A DNA stretch of 64,000 bases from Octopus sinensis (lineage: Eukaryota). Each line of letters begins with the position of its first letter. Positions within the stretch are counted from its first letter, which is position 1. The stretch spans positions 107,508,001 through 107,572,000 of the forward strand of contig NC_043001.1 of assembly GCF_006345805.1 (NCBI RefSeq), read 5' to 3'. Under the pieces are notes generated by a model, which saw only the letters and a program-made list of their open reading frames with translations, searched no databases and was not told where the DNA came from. Below, one piece after another: positions 62,371-64,000 of this stretch. A program made the translations under genes and the position numbers.

Positions 62371-63269
62371 TAATATTTAGTGAGTATCGTACTAAAATTT
62401 TATTTCGGTAGTCTGGTTTCAATAAAGAAAAAAACGTCAAGTGTACAACAACATTGAATAAAGGACAAAATATATTCTTTCTGTGAATTGGGTTTAACAA
62501 GGTGTAATTAATTTCGAAACTTTGGTGTTGTTTTCTTTTGTTGTAGTGTTCTAGTGAATACATTATATGTTCTTTATATTTAAAAAATAATTGTCCCTAA
62601 CAGGCTCAAAGTCTCAGATTTTGTTGAAGAATTTTAAAATAAATCATACCCAGTGCTTGAATGGTTATTTATTTTTGTCAGTTCTAAGATGAAGAAAGGG
62701 AAAATTGACTCACGGAATAACGCAATGTATTTTGTCCGACAATCTATCAATTTTCATTAATTACTCGACATTATAATGCGAGTTTATTAATTTTAGTGAC
62801 CGTTGTACAATATACGAGTCTTTCAGAAAATTGATTAGAATATAGAAAATTTAGTGTAGAATTCTATTTCCTATTACAAGCAAATACCACATATTCAAGC
62901 AAACACACATATATACGCACAAACATACACTCACACAAACACACACACACACAAACACACACACAAACACACTCTTACAAACACACTCACACAAATACAT
63001 ACTCATACACACAAAGACACACTCATACCATGTCACATGCACACACTCACACAAACACACATATCTGAATCGATGCGCAAGCATATACTCGGTCGTAAAT
63101 CTACGCATATTCTCAAACACAAACGCGCGCGCTTATATAAGCACACACTGAATATGCACTTAGAACGGCTCCGATAATAAATAGCTGTTGTCAAGCCACA
63201 AATTTGAGAATGTCCATAAAGGTTTAACACCTTAACCTAAAATAAACCTATATTATAAAATACATATAA

Positions 63270-64000
63270 AAGGCGTAGGAGTGGCTGTCTGGTAAGTAGC
63301 TTGCTTGCCAGCCACATAATTCCGGGTTCAGTCCCACTGCGTGGCACCTTGGGCAAGTGTCTTCTACTATGGATGGATGGAAGCACTCCGTCGGTTACAA
63401 CGACGAGGGTTCCGGTTGATCCGATCAACGGAACAGCCTGCTCGTGAAATTAACGTGTAAGTGGCTGAGCATTCCACAGACACGTGTACTCTTAACGTAG
63501 TTCTCGGGGATATTCAGCGTGACACAGAGAGTGACAAGGCCGGCCCTTTGAAATACAGGTACAACAGAAACAGGAGGTAAGAGTGAGAGAAAGTTGTGGT
63601 GACAGAGTACAGCAGGGATCACCACCATCCCTGCCGGAGCCTCATGGAGCTTTAGGTGTTTTCGCTCAATAAACACTCACAACGCCCGGTCTGGGAATGG
63701 AAACCGCGATCCTACGACCGCGAGTCCGCTGCTCTAACCACTGGGCCATTGCGCCTCCCGTCTTCTACTATATCCTCGGGCCGACCAAAGCCTTGTGAGT
63801 GGTTTTGCTAGACGGAAACTGAAAGAAACTCGTCGTATATATGTATTTATATATATGTATGTGTGCGTATATGTTTGTATGTCTGTGTTTGCCCCCACCC
63901 CAACATCGCTTGACAACCGTTGCAGGTGTGTTTCCTTCCTCGTAACTTAGTGTTTCGGTAAAAGAGACCGATAGAATAAGTATTGGGCTTGCAAAGAATA
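63270..64000 (+). mobile_element. S1 SINE interrupted by a younger SINE
   Basis: S1 head at 63270-63370 resumes at 63760. Confidence 0.85.
63371..63759 (-). mobile_element. tRNA-headed SINE, head B + tail X, with a (TCCA)n 3' tail and 12-bp TSD
   Basis: TSD gtcttctactat at 63359-63370 and 63760-63771. Confidence 0.9.

Overview
AT-rich, microsatellite-saturated eukaryotic DNA with no confidently identifiable host gene. The repeat repertoire looks cephalopod (Octopus-like); that assignment is inference. Nearly all computed ORFs are artefacts of (TA)n, (CA)n, (TCTA)n and (AAT)n repeats. The real coding content comes from mobile elements: Tx1/L1-type ORF2 copies (5.2-6.3 kb, 24.3-27.3 kb, and a diverged fragment at 48.1-48.4 kb), CR1-group LINEs (14.5-15.4, 32.7-33.1, 34.9-37.5 kb), R4/Dong-type RLE LINE fragments beside (TAA)n arrays, an RTE 3' end, Tc1/mariner relics, MITEs and dozens of tRNA-headed SINEs. 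The main result is an apparent three-tier retrotransposon system. (i) A Tx1-type LINE repeatedly sits inside (TCTA)n arrays. (ii) A 1,083-bp ORF1-only 'half-LINE' (52488-53570, minus strand) has an intact 309-aa gag-like CCHC ORF and a perfect 16-bp TSD. (iii) An abundant tRNA-SINE family is also present. All three end in the same short stem-loop + AATAAAGAAA(C/T)A module with no poly(A) tail. Other notable items are a tRNA-B-box-headed repeat carrying a minimal Penelope-type hammerhead ribozyme (50.4-50.6 kb) and a complete 2x2 matrix of SINE heads and tails.
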